A DNA stretch of 64,000 nucleotides, from NCBI GenBank assembly GCA_964276515.1, contig OZ193910.1, positions 6,076,001 through 6,140,000 of the forward strand. Direction: 5' to 3'. The DNA is from Gordius albopunctatus. Lineage: Eukaryota. The notes beneath the pieces were generated by a model. That model was not told the DNA's origin. It saw only the letters and a list, made by a program, of their open reading frames with translations, and did no database searches. The position numbers were made by a program, and so were the translations under genes. Of this stretch, positions 37,918-57,229 are shown piece by piece (position 1 is the first letter of the stretch; each line of letters starts with the position of its first letter).

Positions 37918-40329
37918 ACTTATTAGTAGATGCAGAAATTAGGGAAACCATCCGTATGAACTAAATAAATTTTGAATAGTGTTGTACAATTTATTATGTA
38001 TGTTTTGTATAAATTGTTTTATTTATTATTATAAGTCAAACCTTTTGTAATGTAAACAATAAGGTCTATAGATCAGATAATTTTTATTGTGATTATTAGA
38101 AGAACATAAAATTTGCTATGCTTTAAGTCAAATTATTTATTAATTGCTATAAAATTTATGTTATGTTAAATCTTTTATTTAAGTTTTTTTACAATTTTTA
38201 ATTATAAATTCAGAAAGAAAAAAAACATGAAACTTAATGTTATTAGTACTTTGGTCTTTGATCAAGCAATGCCTTAAGCATGTCATTTTCGGCTTTGGAT
38301 ATTATAGTTAAGAAGATAATTCATCTATTTACCCTATCAATTATTTGTTTCTCATACAATATATAAAATGCCTAACTAAACACTGTTGGGCCCCTGCCCA
38401 TTTGATAACTTTGGGAATTGTTTTTTATATCTATATTTTAGCCTAAATCTAAATTTCATGATTTTCACAACTACTCTGTTGGCGTAATTGATCCTCATCC
38501 CTTTAGCTTTAATTAACCAAAGTAATCATTAACTCTTTTCATGATTGTTATATCTATAGTCAATTAGTTTTGGCTTGTTTTTTACAAGCATTTTCAAAAT
38601 ATAAAAATATTATAGCAAATGAACTCATTATTTTAAGTTATATGGTAATAAATCGTCATGGAATCAAGAGGGCAAAGGATATTTCGGAATGAAGGGTGAG
38701 TGTAGCTACCCGTAGCTACCCCTTTGTGTTTAATCAATGGATGGTATTAATTAATTGTGATAAACAGACAGATTAAATTCATTTTTTCAATAAACTATAA
38801 TATAAACTGCATAATATTTGCTTGAAATATAGTTGAAATTTCAAATATTTTATTGTTATGTAAATTTTAGGCTAAAAGATTCATGATACAATACACAACG
38901 ACTACCTTACATCCACTTTGGTTGCTATAAAATTACTTAACGGTTTTAAGATTTTTGTAAATATATATATTAATATTTTTATAATATTTTAATATCTAAA
39001 ATATTAATCATTACTCACACCATTAAGTATCCGAATGCTAATAAAGTTGTATACAAAATTAAATTAAAACATTAATAAATCAATTAAAAACAGAATGTTC
39101 TACTGCATCATAGTTTTTTAATTTTAACGCTTTGTTTTAACTTCCTTTTAAATTAAGTTGATTTTAAACGAAGCGTATTATGTATGCTAAATTTTGTTGG
39201 TATTTCTAAATTATATTTTTTAAGTAATTTTGTACATTATGCTTAATATATTTTTAGATTTAATATAAACTTTTATGTGGCTGAGTCAAGTTTTTTTGAA
39301 AAAATGTTTCAGGGGGCACTTTAAATTTATAAATAAAGAAACCATTTACCTGATTCAAAATCAATAAAATTTAAGTAAAAATTATGAAAAACATTAGCAA
39401 AAAATAAGTTTTTAAATTCTAAAATGTTAAGAACTTTTACTTTGTAAAAAATAATATTTTCTATTCCCATATATGGAGGTTTTAATTAGGGGTCGGACCA
39501 ATAACAAACGTAAAAAACTTTGTTTGGAACTGCTATTTTAATATTTTTAAACGCAATTTTTTGATTGTAAATATTATTTAAAGTACACCAAATGGTGTAT
39601 AAAATGAATTTTTGTGCCATGATTTGTTCAGGATGCTGATAAAACTGTTGGAGGAATCAGAGATTTCTTAGCTATTTATTTAAAATAGCGTTTGTAAGGG
39701 CCCTAAACGTCACTAAGTCACTTTAGAAAAAATTTAATGTAAAAATAGCGCGCTGGAAAAATTTAATTATGGATATCTTAATAAACCATATGACTAATAT
39801 GGCTTTTAAGATTTTTGGAAGATTTTTTGTGAATATCGTTTAATAGGCACTTTACATGACACTCTTGTGAATAGATTTGCTTCGAGCTCGTGACAAGTTT
39901 TCTTTATATTATAAGACTCTGTTTTTATATTACTAGGTGGTTGAAATAGGTTATCAATAAAAATTTATTATTAGATTGATTCACTATCGAAATATAATAT
40001 CTCCCTACATTAAAATATATAATATGGTAGAACTTCCACACGTATTAAATATGTTCAAAATCTTTGGAGGTCTATATGTAAAGATTTCTTAATTTTCCTT
40101 CCAGGAAAAACGGGAAATAATGCTAAAATAGGGGAAATATAATTAGATGGTGTTGAGTAAGATAAACTTTAGAATAAATAAAATTAACGCAATATAAACC
40201 CTTGTAACACCTAAATTTTAAAGATCCATTGAAAATTCTACAAAACACGATCAAATAATTCAATGCATGCATCAAGAAATTAAATTACATTAGACAGAAA
40301 TGCTTTTTTTCCTTCCACAAAAACGTCAC

Positions 40330-41670
40330 CAGAGATCAGAACTGCCTTAAATTTTAATTTTTGGGCGGGCCCGGGCGGGCATGCTGATAAGATTCGGGCA
40401 TGCCCAAAATTTTATCAAATTAATTTTCCTTGGAAAAAGAAAAATTCGCTTATGAACAATTTTGGGCCATAATAAATTTGACTCAATTTCTTCAAAATTA
40501 AATTTTATTTCGAACAAGATCAAAAAATTTTAATTTTCAGATTATATTATAAAAGAATAAAATCACAACGATTTAAACTGCCATGGGCGTAGACAAGGGG
40601 GGGGGGCAGGAAGGGGCAGCTGCCCCCTCTAAACTCAAAAATTTGTTAAAAGATATTAAAATTATAGCTAAATTTTCAAAAAATGATCATTTTGCCCCTC
40701 CCTAAATCATTATTGCCCCCCTCTAATTTTAATGCTGGCTACGCCCCTGTAAACTGCTACTCTAATCTAATACTATGGAAGAAACCATTTTACTCTCTGG
40801 TAGTAAATTATTTTATTACATTTTTATCGCGTTCAGTTAAATCTTTGCCCTACTCCATTATGAAAAGGATAGGATTATTTATATTTATGTAGCCAAAGCC
40901 ATTTCATTGTTCGCAATACACTACATACACATGTGTGCCGTCTAGACATAAAACAAAGGCTCATTCCATTTTCTAACAATACGCATAATTGTAATTCATT
41001 TAATTTCTTAACAACTAAAAAAACATGGTGGAAAAATAAAGCAAACAAGTCACATTAAAGTTATTAAAAATTATAACTATTTTATATATCCTAAATTAGC
41101 AAGGTTTACAAAAATACTCTTTGCCATCCCGGCGACGAGTGCTGCCAGTGAAAGAAATTTTTCTATCGCAGGAAGATTAATAGAGGAAAGACGCACAAGA
41201 TTATCCCCGGAAATATTTTTACATAATAATTATGAATAATAAAATATTGTCATCTTTGTTTGGATCAATATGCCATTAATTTAATTCTTATTTTGTAATA
41301 GTGGTTGAAAGATTTTGGGATTGGATAATTTCGGGTCTACCGGGAAAATTTTATTAATCAGGCGGGGCAGCTCTAATGGTTTGGGCATGGCTGAGCCGAC
41401 ACTTAGAAGGGTTCAGGCGGGCAATTTAGTTAAAAATTTGGACCGGGGCGGGTTCGGGCAGAAAAATTTAAACTACTCCAACTTCTTTTTGGGACCTCAT
41501 AAATTCGGGACTAACGGGCAAATTTAATATTTCGGGCCGGGCTGTTCGGGCAGCTTTAACAATTCGGGCGGGCCCCAGCGGACACTTAGATGGGTTCGGG
41601 CGGGCAATGAAGTTAAAAAATTGAATCGGGTAGGGTTCGGGCAGAAAATTCCCAACAAATCTGACCTCTG
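40330..41670 (+). mobile_element. Non-autonomous hAT element (sister of 4794-6207) retaining the transposase C-terminus
   Basis: Inverted homology to 4794-6207, including the nested MITE; YPKLARFTKILFAIPATSAASERNFSIAGRLIEERRTRLSPE at ~41087-41215. No matching TSD. Confidence 0.88.
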
Positions 41671-42394
41671 GTGCTTGCTACATTTATGCTTGATTCTTCT
41701 ATTTCCATAACTCACTATCATATTAAAGTGTTATATATAAGCAGTGAGAAAAGAAAAGAGTAAAAAATAGGATAAGTAGTACTATGACAACCAATACAAT
41801 AATACAATTTAATTAACTAATCTAATATATTTTAATGGAAATTAATTGTAAACTTACACGATAGCAAAGATAGGTTTAAAAGTGTTTGAAATATTAAGAG
41901 AGTCACAGGAGATAAAAATATTCCAAAAAACGCTGAATTAAATATATTATCATTATTTAAATATTTTATTGTAATTCTTTAATTAAATTACCTGTCTGTG
42001 TTTTTAACCTTCTAATCTTATTAAACTTCAACTTCAATCGTTTTAGTGTTTTTCTATAGTTTATTTATTAAGCGACGAGTACAAAAGTGTAAAGATTAAA
42101 CGTTGATTGATAAAGTAAATACGTGAATAATGTGAAATATCGCGGTTAGATTATTTTTATAGTCTATCGATAGTAACCAATTTCCCGCCTTGTTATCTTC
42201 TCCACCAGGAACATAGATGTATGTTATATATAGTAAATCAGTAAATACAATTTCGAATAAATTAATAAATTGTAAAACTCTTAATGTGCGCAAAACAGGA
42301 GCGCACAGGTGCGCGCACCCGCTCTTCGTTATAAAAAAGTGCGCGCACCAGCACGTCGCACCGCAAATCCGGTGCGCGCACCTTAACAACTCTG
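41671..42394 (-). mobile_element. 5' part of a hAT element (same family as 58403-59415), truncated at the neighbouring hAT end
   Basis: Reverse-complement match to 58403-59058; terminus TTAACAACTCTG; GCGCAC subterminal repeats. Confidence 0.85.
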
Positions 42395-42894
42395 AAAAAT
42401 ATAAGAAATTATTGGGTAATTTTAAAATTCGCAATAAATCTTTTTTATCTACCATCTCCATCGATATGTAGAGCCCTGCCGTTTCATTTTTAATTTGCCC
42501 GAGCAAAAATTTATAATTTTTTTAGACCTGACTTGAGTCCAGTGTAGGTTTCTCATTGTGCGCCGAGATAAAAGTGCGCCTACATATAATTGGTCAAAAT
42601 TAAAATTCCGAAAAATGATTAGTGTGATTGTTATCACCACGTGGGCTACCACGAATTTTGATAGGCTTGCGTACCAAACAGACGCTAGAAAAACACACGG
42701 GAAAAAAGTGCATTATAAGAGTACGCCTCAAAATCCCCCAAAAAGTAAAAAATGCTTATATAAATAATTAAATTAATATACAGCTCTTTTATAAAAATCC
42801 GCCTCAAAACAACTATTTTTATTAAATGCATAAGTCAAATAGTTATAACACATTTATAGGTATTATAAATTAATTATATTTAGGACTGTATTCT

Positions 42895-43316
42895 ATCAAT
42901 ATACTTATAAATGTGTTTTAAATAATTGTCTTATGTCATGCATTAAATAAAAACCTCAATCTTGGCCTTTAAAATAACTTTGGGTTGTTTTGAATATGCT
43001 TTGCATTAAATTTTTATATCTTATCAATATACTTATAAATGTGTTTTAAATAATTGACTTATGTTATGCATTTAATAAAATCCTCAATCTTGGACTATAA
43101 AATAACTTTGGATTGTTTTGAAAATGCTTTACATTAAATTTTTATATCTTATCAATATACCTATAAATGTGTTTTAAATAATTCACTTATGTCATGCATT
43201 TAATAAAAACTTCATTTTTGGCCTTTAAAATAACTGGATTGTTTTGAAAATGCTTTGCATTAAGTATATTGATAAGATATAAAAATTTAATGCAAAGCAT
43301 TTTGAAAACAATCCTA
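42895..43316. repeat. 128-bp tandem repeat (~3 copies) with inverted partial copies, upstream of the Ginger A integrase
   Basis: ATCAATATAC recurs at 42895, 43023 and 43151; inverted partial unit at ~43262-43316. Confidence 0.85.
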
Positions 43317-43384
43317 AATATAATAAATTTGTAATATTATTTGTTTAGGACAACTTGATATATAACTTTGGTTTATTCTTTTAG

Positions 43385-44896
43385 ATGGCAAAATATAATT
43401 TAGAGGAAATAATTAAATATATAAAGGAGGGACTGATGCCTGTTGTATATGATAAGAATCAGAGGGCCTATCTCAAAAGAAAGGCAGCTCTTTTTACAAT
43501 TAAAAATGAGCAATTATATCACAAAAGAGTGAAAGACATAGGAGGTATTAAGACAGGTATCAAATTAAAATTTGCTGTAAGTTGTAATCTTTAGAAATGC
43601 TGGCAAGGGTGGTGATGACGAAGGAAGAGATTATGAATGTTATCAAATTACACCATGATGGCCTAACTGATAGCATACATGCTAAAAGCTTGGGGGGCCA
43701 TCTTAGGTCTAATTGTACTCAAGTAAAGATAAATTTAAAGTTTTCATAATTTTGTGAATAATTGCTTTTACATTGTATATAATGTTTGACTCTTATATGT
43801 TATGAGTAGATATTGGTGGCCTAACATGACAAAAGATGTTAGAGAATATGTTGGGGCTTGTCATGCATGTCCGACACACATGGCTAGAATTGATAAGGCC
43901 ACACCAGTTCTTCATAATGTGGCCGTGATTCCAGCCCCTTGGAAACAGGTTGGAATAGATCTCTGCATGTTGCCTAAAACAGAACAAGGCAACGTTTGCA
44001 TGTTGGTTATTATTGATTACTTTTCCAAGTGGGTTGAGGCCAGGCCCTTGAAGTCTCATTCGGCCAAGGAGACTTGTTACAATTTGTGGGAAATCTTTTG
44101 TCGGTGTGGTCGCCCCAAAGTAAATAACTTAATTGAATCTTTATATAGTTTTAGATTGTAATAAGTGACCAAGGTCGTGAGTTTGTCAACTCACTGACAA
44201 AGGGCTTGTATGCCCTTACTGGAGTCAATAATAGGATTACCTCCGCCTACCACCCACATGCTAATGGTCTGGTTGAAAGGGCCAACCGGACCATTGTTAA
44301 CTCCCTGGTCAAAGTTTTGGAGAACGAGACCAACAAGTGGGACATTGTTTTACCTGGAGTATTGCATGCTTTACTTACCAGGAAACAACGGTAATTTAAA
44401 TAGAAGTCTGAATGATTTTTGTAGGTCCACAAAGTTCAGTCCGTGGGTGCTGATGTGGGCTCGACAACCCGATCCTTTTTTTTCGGGTGATGAAGATGAT
44501 GATGAGCTTCCTGTCATAGAGGAAAACGATTATGAGTCTTTCGAATTTGAAAGGCTCATGGATAAATCCAAAAAGATTTATGAAGTAGCCTCGGACAACA
44601 TAATGAGTGCCCAGTCCAGACAGAAGGCTGATTATGAAAAGAGGCACCACTTGAAACCGGGTTTTAAAGTGGATGATATAGTCCTGTGTTTTAATTGTAG
44701 GCGGGCTGACCGAAAAGGCGACAAGATGGTACCCTCATGGATAGGGCCATACAAGATTGCCTCTGGTCATGATGGTATGTCATATATAACCTTATTTAAC
44801 CCAATTAAAGGAACTTACACCCTAAAAACGATGGAGGGGGTGATATTGAAAAAAAAACTCACGGAGGAAACACCAAATTGTATAAAAGTGAAATGA
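43385..44896 (+). CDS. Ginger1 integrase/transposase (H2C2 finger, DDE core, GPY/F), spliced; probable 1-nt frameshift in a distal A-run
   Basis: H...GGH...YWWPNM...C..C; catalytic GIDL, SDQGREF, SAYHPHANGLVER; WIGPY. Introns 43557-43594, ~43740-43809 (uncertain), 44120-44154, 44391-44424, 44775-44810. After the A9 run at ~44849 the expected THGGNTKLYK is in another frame. Confidence 0.88.
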
Positions 44897-45308
44897 ATAG
44901 TAATTAATTTTACACATGCTTATATCTATTAAAAGTGTCCGAAAATCTTGAGAGAAATCTCGGTATTGATATAATGAAACTTTAAGTATAGGTTGATTTA
45001 GAAAAAGTTATAACTCGCAAGGAAAATACGGTAATGAAGTATCATTTAATTTATTACCACAAATTTATTATTTAGTAGAAATTATATTTTATAGCTACAT
45101 AATGTTTATTATGATATAAATATATTAAGTTTTGCCAAAATCTGATAATATATTTATTTACAATTAATCCAAAATTTGATAAGAAAAATTTATTTATTAT
45201 ATAAAATACAAATTAGTATTATATATTGAAAAGTATATCTGTCAGTTGATCGTGATTGACATGTCTAAGCGCATTTGCATCTCGTTGACTTCTAAACCCT
45301 TACACCGG

Positions 45309-47289
45309 TGTAGTATTCAATTCGCGTAACGTTTGATATCGCGTAAGTCAATCAAACACGTCAATCATGTATTTCTGCATTATAATTGCAAAAAAGATTA
45401 TTATAGGCTGGTATAAATGTGAATCAAAAATTGTGGTTTGTTATACAAGATTTTTTAATAAAGGTTTAACATAAATTAAGCTTCATTAAATATTTAATTT
45501 TATTTTAATGGAATATTTTTTTGTTTTAATATTTTTTAAATATATTTTGTTTTTTATATAAATTATATCAACTTATAATTATACTACTATATTTGTAATC
45601 TTATAATCCCTGATGATCTTAGGTGTCATATATTTGGTTTTAATTCTTTTATAAGTGATCCAATCTATATAAATTTAGCTTATTAAATTTATTTTGCATC
45701 TGATAAAGCTGTTATAATATAAAATAATGATATAGATAATATTATTTTAATAAATAAATATATTAAAACCATGTTTTGTCAAATATCAATTAGACATTGG
45801 AATAAGAATAATATATTTTATTAAAAGTAAATATAAAGTAAAAACAGTTTATATAAAACAATTGTAACAATTAAAAATATTTTATAAACAAGTATCAAAT
45901 ATATAATTGAAGTGATTTATCTATCTTTTGAATGCCCTCCTAACATACAACAAATTTTCTTTTAATTTGTATTTTTTTGTCTTTTCAAGGAAATAGAATT
46001 TTTGTCTATTGGTAAGGTTTTCAGGAATAGTTCCAGAAAGCATATATAATTCCTAATCTCAGTAAAACCATATTCTTCCATTCTATTAAATAAATGCTAA
46101 ATTAATCAAAGTACAAATTAAGTAGTTTATATTCAAAATGCTTATTAATATAATCAGCTATTGAAAAAGTTTTATTAAATGAATGACTTTATAATAGTTG
46201 AAACTTGAAGTAAACTTCTTTTTTTCCAATAAGTTCCTAATATTATTAATAAGTTGCTAATATTACAAGCTAGTGAAAAAGTTTGTAAATACCTTATTTG
46301 ATGTATAACTTTATATTAATTGATGTAGAAAACTTCTTCTTTTCTAATAAATTCCTAATATTATTAATAAGTTGCTAATATTACAAGCTAGTGAAAAAGT
46401 TTGTAAATACCTTATTTGATGTATCACTTTATATTAATTGATGTAGAAAACTTCTTCTTTTCTAATAAGTTCCTAATATTATTAATAAGTTGCTAATATT
46501 ATAAGCTAGTGAAAAAGTTTGTAAATACCTTGTTTGATGTATCACTTTATATTAATTGATGTAGAAAACTTCTTCTTTTCTAATAAATTCCTAATATTAT
46601 TAATAAGTTGCTAATATTACAAGCTAGTGAAAAAGTTTGTAAATACCTTATTTGATGTATAACTTTATATTAATTGATGTAGAAAACTTCTTCTTTTCTA
46701 ATAAATTCCTAATATTATTAATAAGTTGCTAATATTACAAGCTAGTGAAAAAGTTTGTAAATACCTTATTTGATGTATAACTTTATATTAATTGATGTAG
46801 AAAACTTCTTCTTTTCTAATAAGTTCTTAATATTATTAATAAGTTGTTAATATTACAAGCTAGTGAAAAAGTTTGTAAATACCTTATTTGATGTATAACT
46901 TTATATTAATTTATGTAGAAAACTTCTTCTTTTCTAATAAGATCCTAATATTATTAATAAGTTGCTAATATTACAAGCTAGTGAAAAAGTTTGTAAATAC
47001 ATTATTTGATGTAATAATTGTTGAAATTGTAGTAGACTTTGTATTTTGTAATAAGTAAGTTCTTAAGATTATAAATATAAATTAGTGAAAAAGTTTGTAA
47101 ATTACGTGATGTCAAACGCCCTTCATTACGTGAACTCAAATGTATGTTTTTCAGAAATTTGAACCAATTATGTTACTCAAAAAATCACGTGATTGACAAA
47201 AAAAAGTTCTTTTTTCGTGTTTTCAACGAATGAGGAGGTGTGATTGACGTTTACGCGATCTCAAATGCTACGTGCTTTCATACCTTACA
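45309..47289 (-). mobile_element. Ginger1-type element B (deleted), opposite orientation to A
   Basis: CCGG|TGTAG...TTACA|CCGG with ~55-bp imperfect TIRs. The minus strand from 46081 encodes MEEYGFTEIRNYM/SGTIPENLTNRQKFYFLEKTKKYKLKENLLYVRR (one frameshift), similar to the N-terminus of integrase A. Confidence 0.82.
46212..47100. repeat. 118-bp tandem repeat, ~7.5 copies, inside Ginger B
   Basis: TGATGTAGAAAAC recurs at 46321, 46439, 46557, 46675, 46793 and (as a variant) 46911. Confidence 0.95.
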
Positions 47290-48368
47290 CCGGCTCGATT
47301 TAATAGAAACATTTGGTCAAATATTGCTAGTGAAAATTATTTTGCCATATAAATAAAAAAAATTATATATCATCATTTGTAAAAAGGATAATTTGGAATC
47401 TAATTCCTCTTCCTACATTTTATTAAACTAATTATATTTAGCCGTAAAAATTCACCTTAGGGGCTGTAGTTTAAGAGCCAAATTATGTGTGCTTTACGAG
47501 GATTATTTATAAAATGTTGATTGGCTCCGGTTTAATTTGGGCCAGATTAAGGCTGTTTTATTAAATTTTGCCCGTGGGCGGCTTGTGCAGGGGTCTATAA
47601 GGTGTTATACTCCTGCAAACAGTGATATTTGTAAGTTGGTTGGCCAAAACCCATTTTGTAAATTGGAGGAAATGCCTTAAATTGACATGAAAAACAATGT
47701 AAACAAAAGGTTCTTTTGATATTGTTAAAAGAAAGGCTCGTATATCAATGTACTAAATGCCAAAAATAACATACAATTTTAGGTAAGGTAGATAAAATGA
47801 TGATATAGCATTAAAAAGCGAATAATAAATATCCACATATATAGAGGCGAAGTGTTATAAGCGCGATATGGAAAATATCGTACAAACAAAGGACCAAGGC
47901 GATATATGCATATTTACAGGGGAAACATTTCATCATTTACAGTATTTGATGTTTATAAAAATAAGGCTACAATTTAGAAATGATATAAAGGAGTGTGTTG
48001 CTGTAATGATAGACCAAATTACTAATAAAGTAAATATGCAGGGAAGAAGGAGGATCGGCTTACTATCACTGATCGAGTTTTGGTTTGACATGTAACTGAT
48101 TTGCTTCATTATCAATCTAAACTTAAATTTTTAACAGGTTTTACAAAAACATCCATAGTTTCTATAATAATTGTTGTTGTCCAGAAAATATTCCAATTCT
48201 TAAATTCAATAAAAATTAGAAGTTTCCAATATAATCTGGAACAACCACAAGCATTAGTAAAACTATAGAATGCATTAATGCAAAATGCGTGTGGATTTAA
48301 AAATTACATAACGAAAATCCAAATAAGGTGTGATGAAGGCAAGCAAGAAGATGGATGTAAAAAGGATG

Positions 48369-56600
<8,232 letters not shown>

Positions 56601-57229
56601 TCTGTACACTTTTTGAATCAACCGAGCATTCAAGATGATATTTACTTTTCACTCCAACAAATCGAGATAAAACTATGCGATTTAGTTTCAAATTTTTATT
56701 ATCAAAGTTGTCCCATTCTAATTAAGGATATGAAGGCAAAATTATTTCTGATAAATAGTTTAGATTTAATATAGAGTCCTTCAACCAGACAATTTTTGTT
56801 TTCTTATTTAGCGGAATGTGTCTGCTCGACTTAAACAATTTAAGTGAATAATTTTTCACAAATTTCCTATTAGTTAGAGGATTAGATGCCCACAAGAGTC
56901 ACTTAAGAGTAACTTAACTGCTAAATTTTATTGCTACTTACGAGGATCGGATTAAGCAGGAGAGTACAGAAGAAAGCCCTTAGTTATATCAGTTTATGAC
57001 GAACACAATTAACTAATATTTTAATAAGTGAGCCCATTATATTCTAGGACTTTAATCTTATATAACTATAGGAATTGAACTACTATTGTAATAAATTCGA
57101 CACATTAATAATAAAGGGTCAAGCAATGGTTAACTTTTTTTGAGAGATAAAGTTAGTTTATTAATGTATATCTAAACATAATATTAAATAATACAATTAT
57201 ATAATAATTGTATTTAAAAAAAAATTATA

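Larger units (their letters stand above)
42543..45304 (+). mobile_element. Ginger1-type DNA transposon A (Gypsy-like integrase, TIRs, no RT)
   Basis: TGTA...TACA ends with imperfect TIRs (TGTAGGTTT..CGAGATAAAAGTGCGCCTA vs the reverse-complemented right end TGTAAGGGTTT..CGAGATGCAAATGCGCTTA); flanks CCAG / CCGG; intron-containing integrase. Confidence 0.85.

Noticed and set aside
42096..42767. Cluster of ORFs up to 136 aa
   Set aside because: They derive from hAT subterminal GCGCAC repeats and element junctions, with no protein motifs.
43385..44896. Integrase as part of an LTR retrotransposon or Polinton
   Set aside because: No RT, LTRs, polymerase or ATPase; it has introns, TIRs and a 4-bp CCGG-type TSD.
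45365..45450. Possible PHD-like finger relic in Ginger B
   Set aside because: Needs several frameshifts and shows too few ligands to support.
46212..47100. Regular repeat array as a possible CRISPR
   Set aside because: Contiguous 118-bp units with no unique spacers, eukaryotic context and no cas genes.
47868..48115. Overlapping short ORFs downstream of Rab10
   Set aside because: No recognisable motifs; likely Rab10 3' UTR or intergenic sequence.
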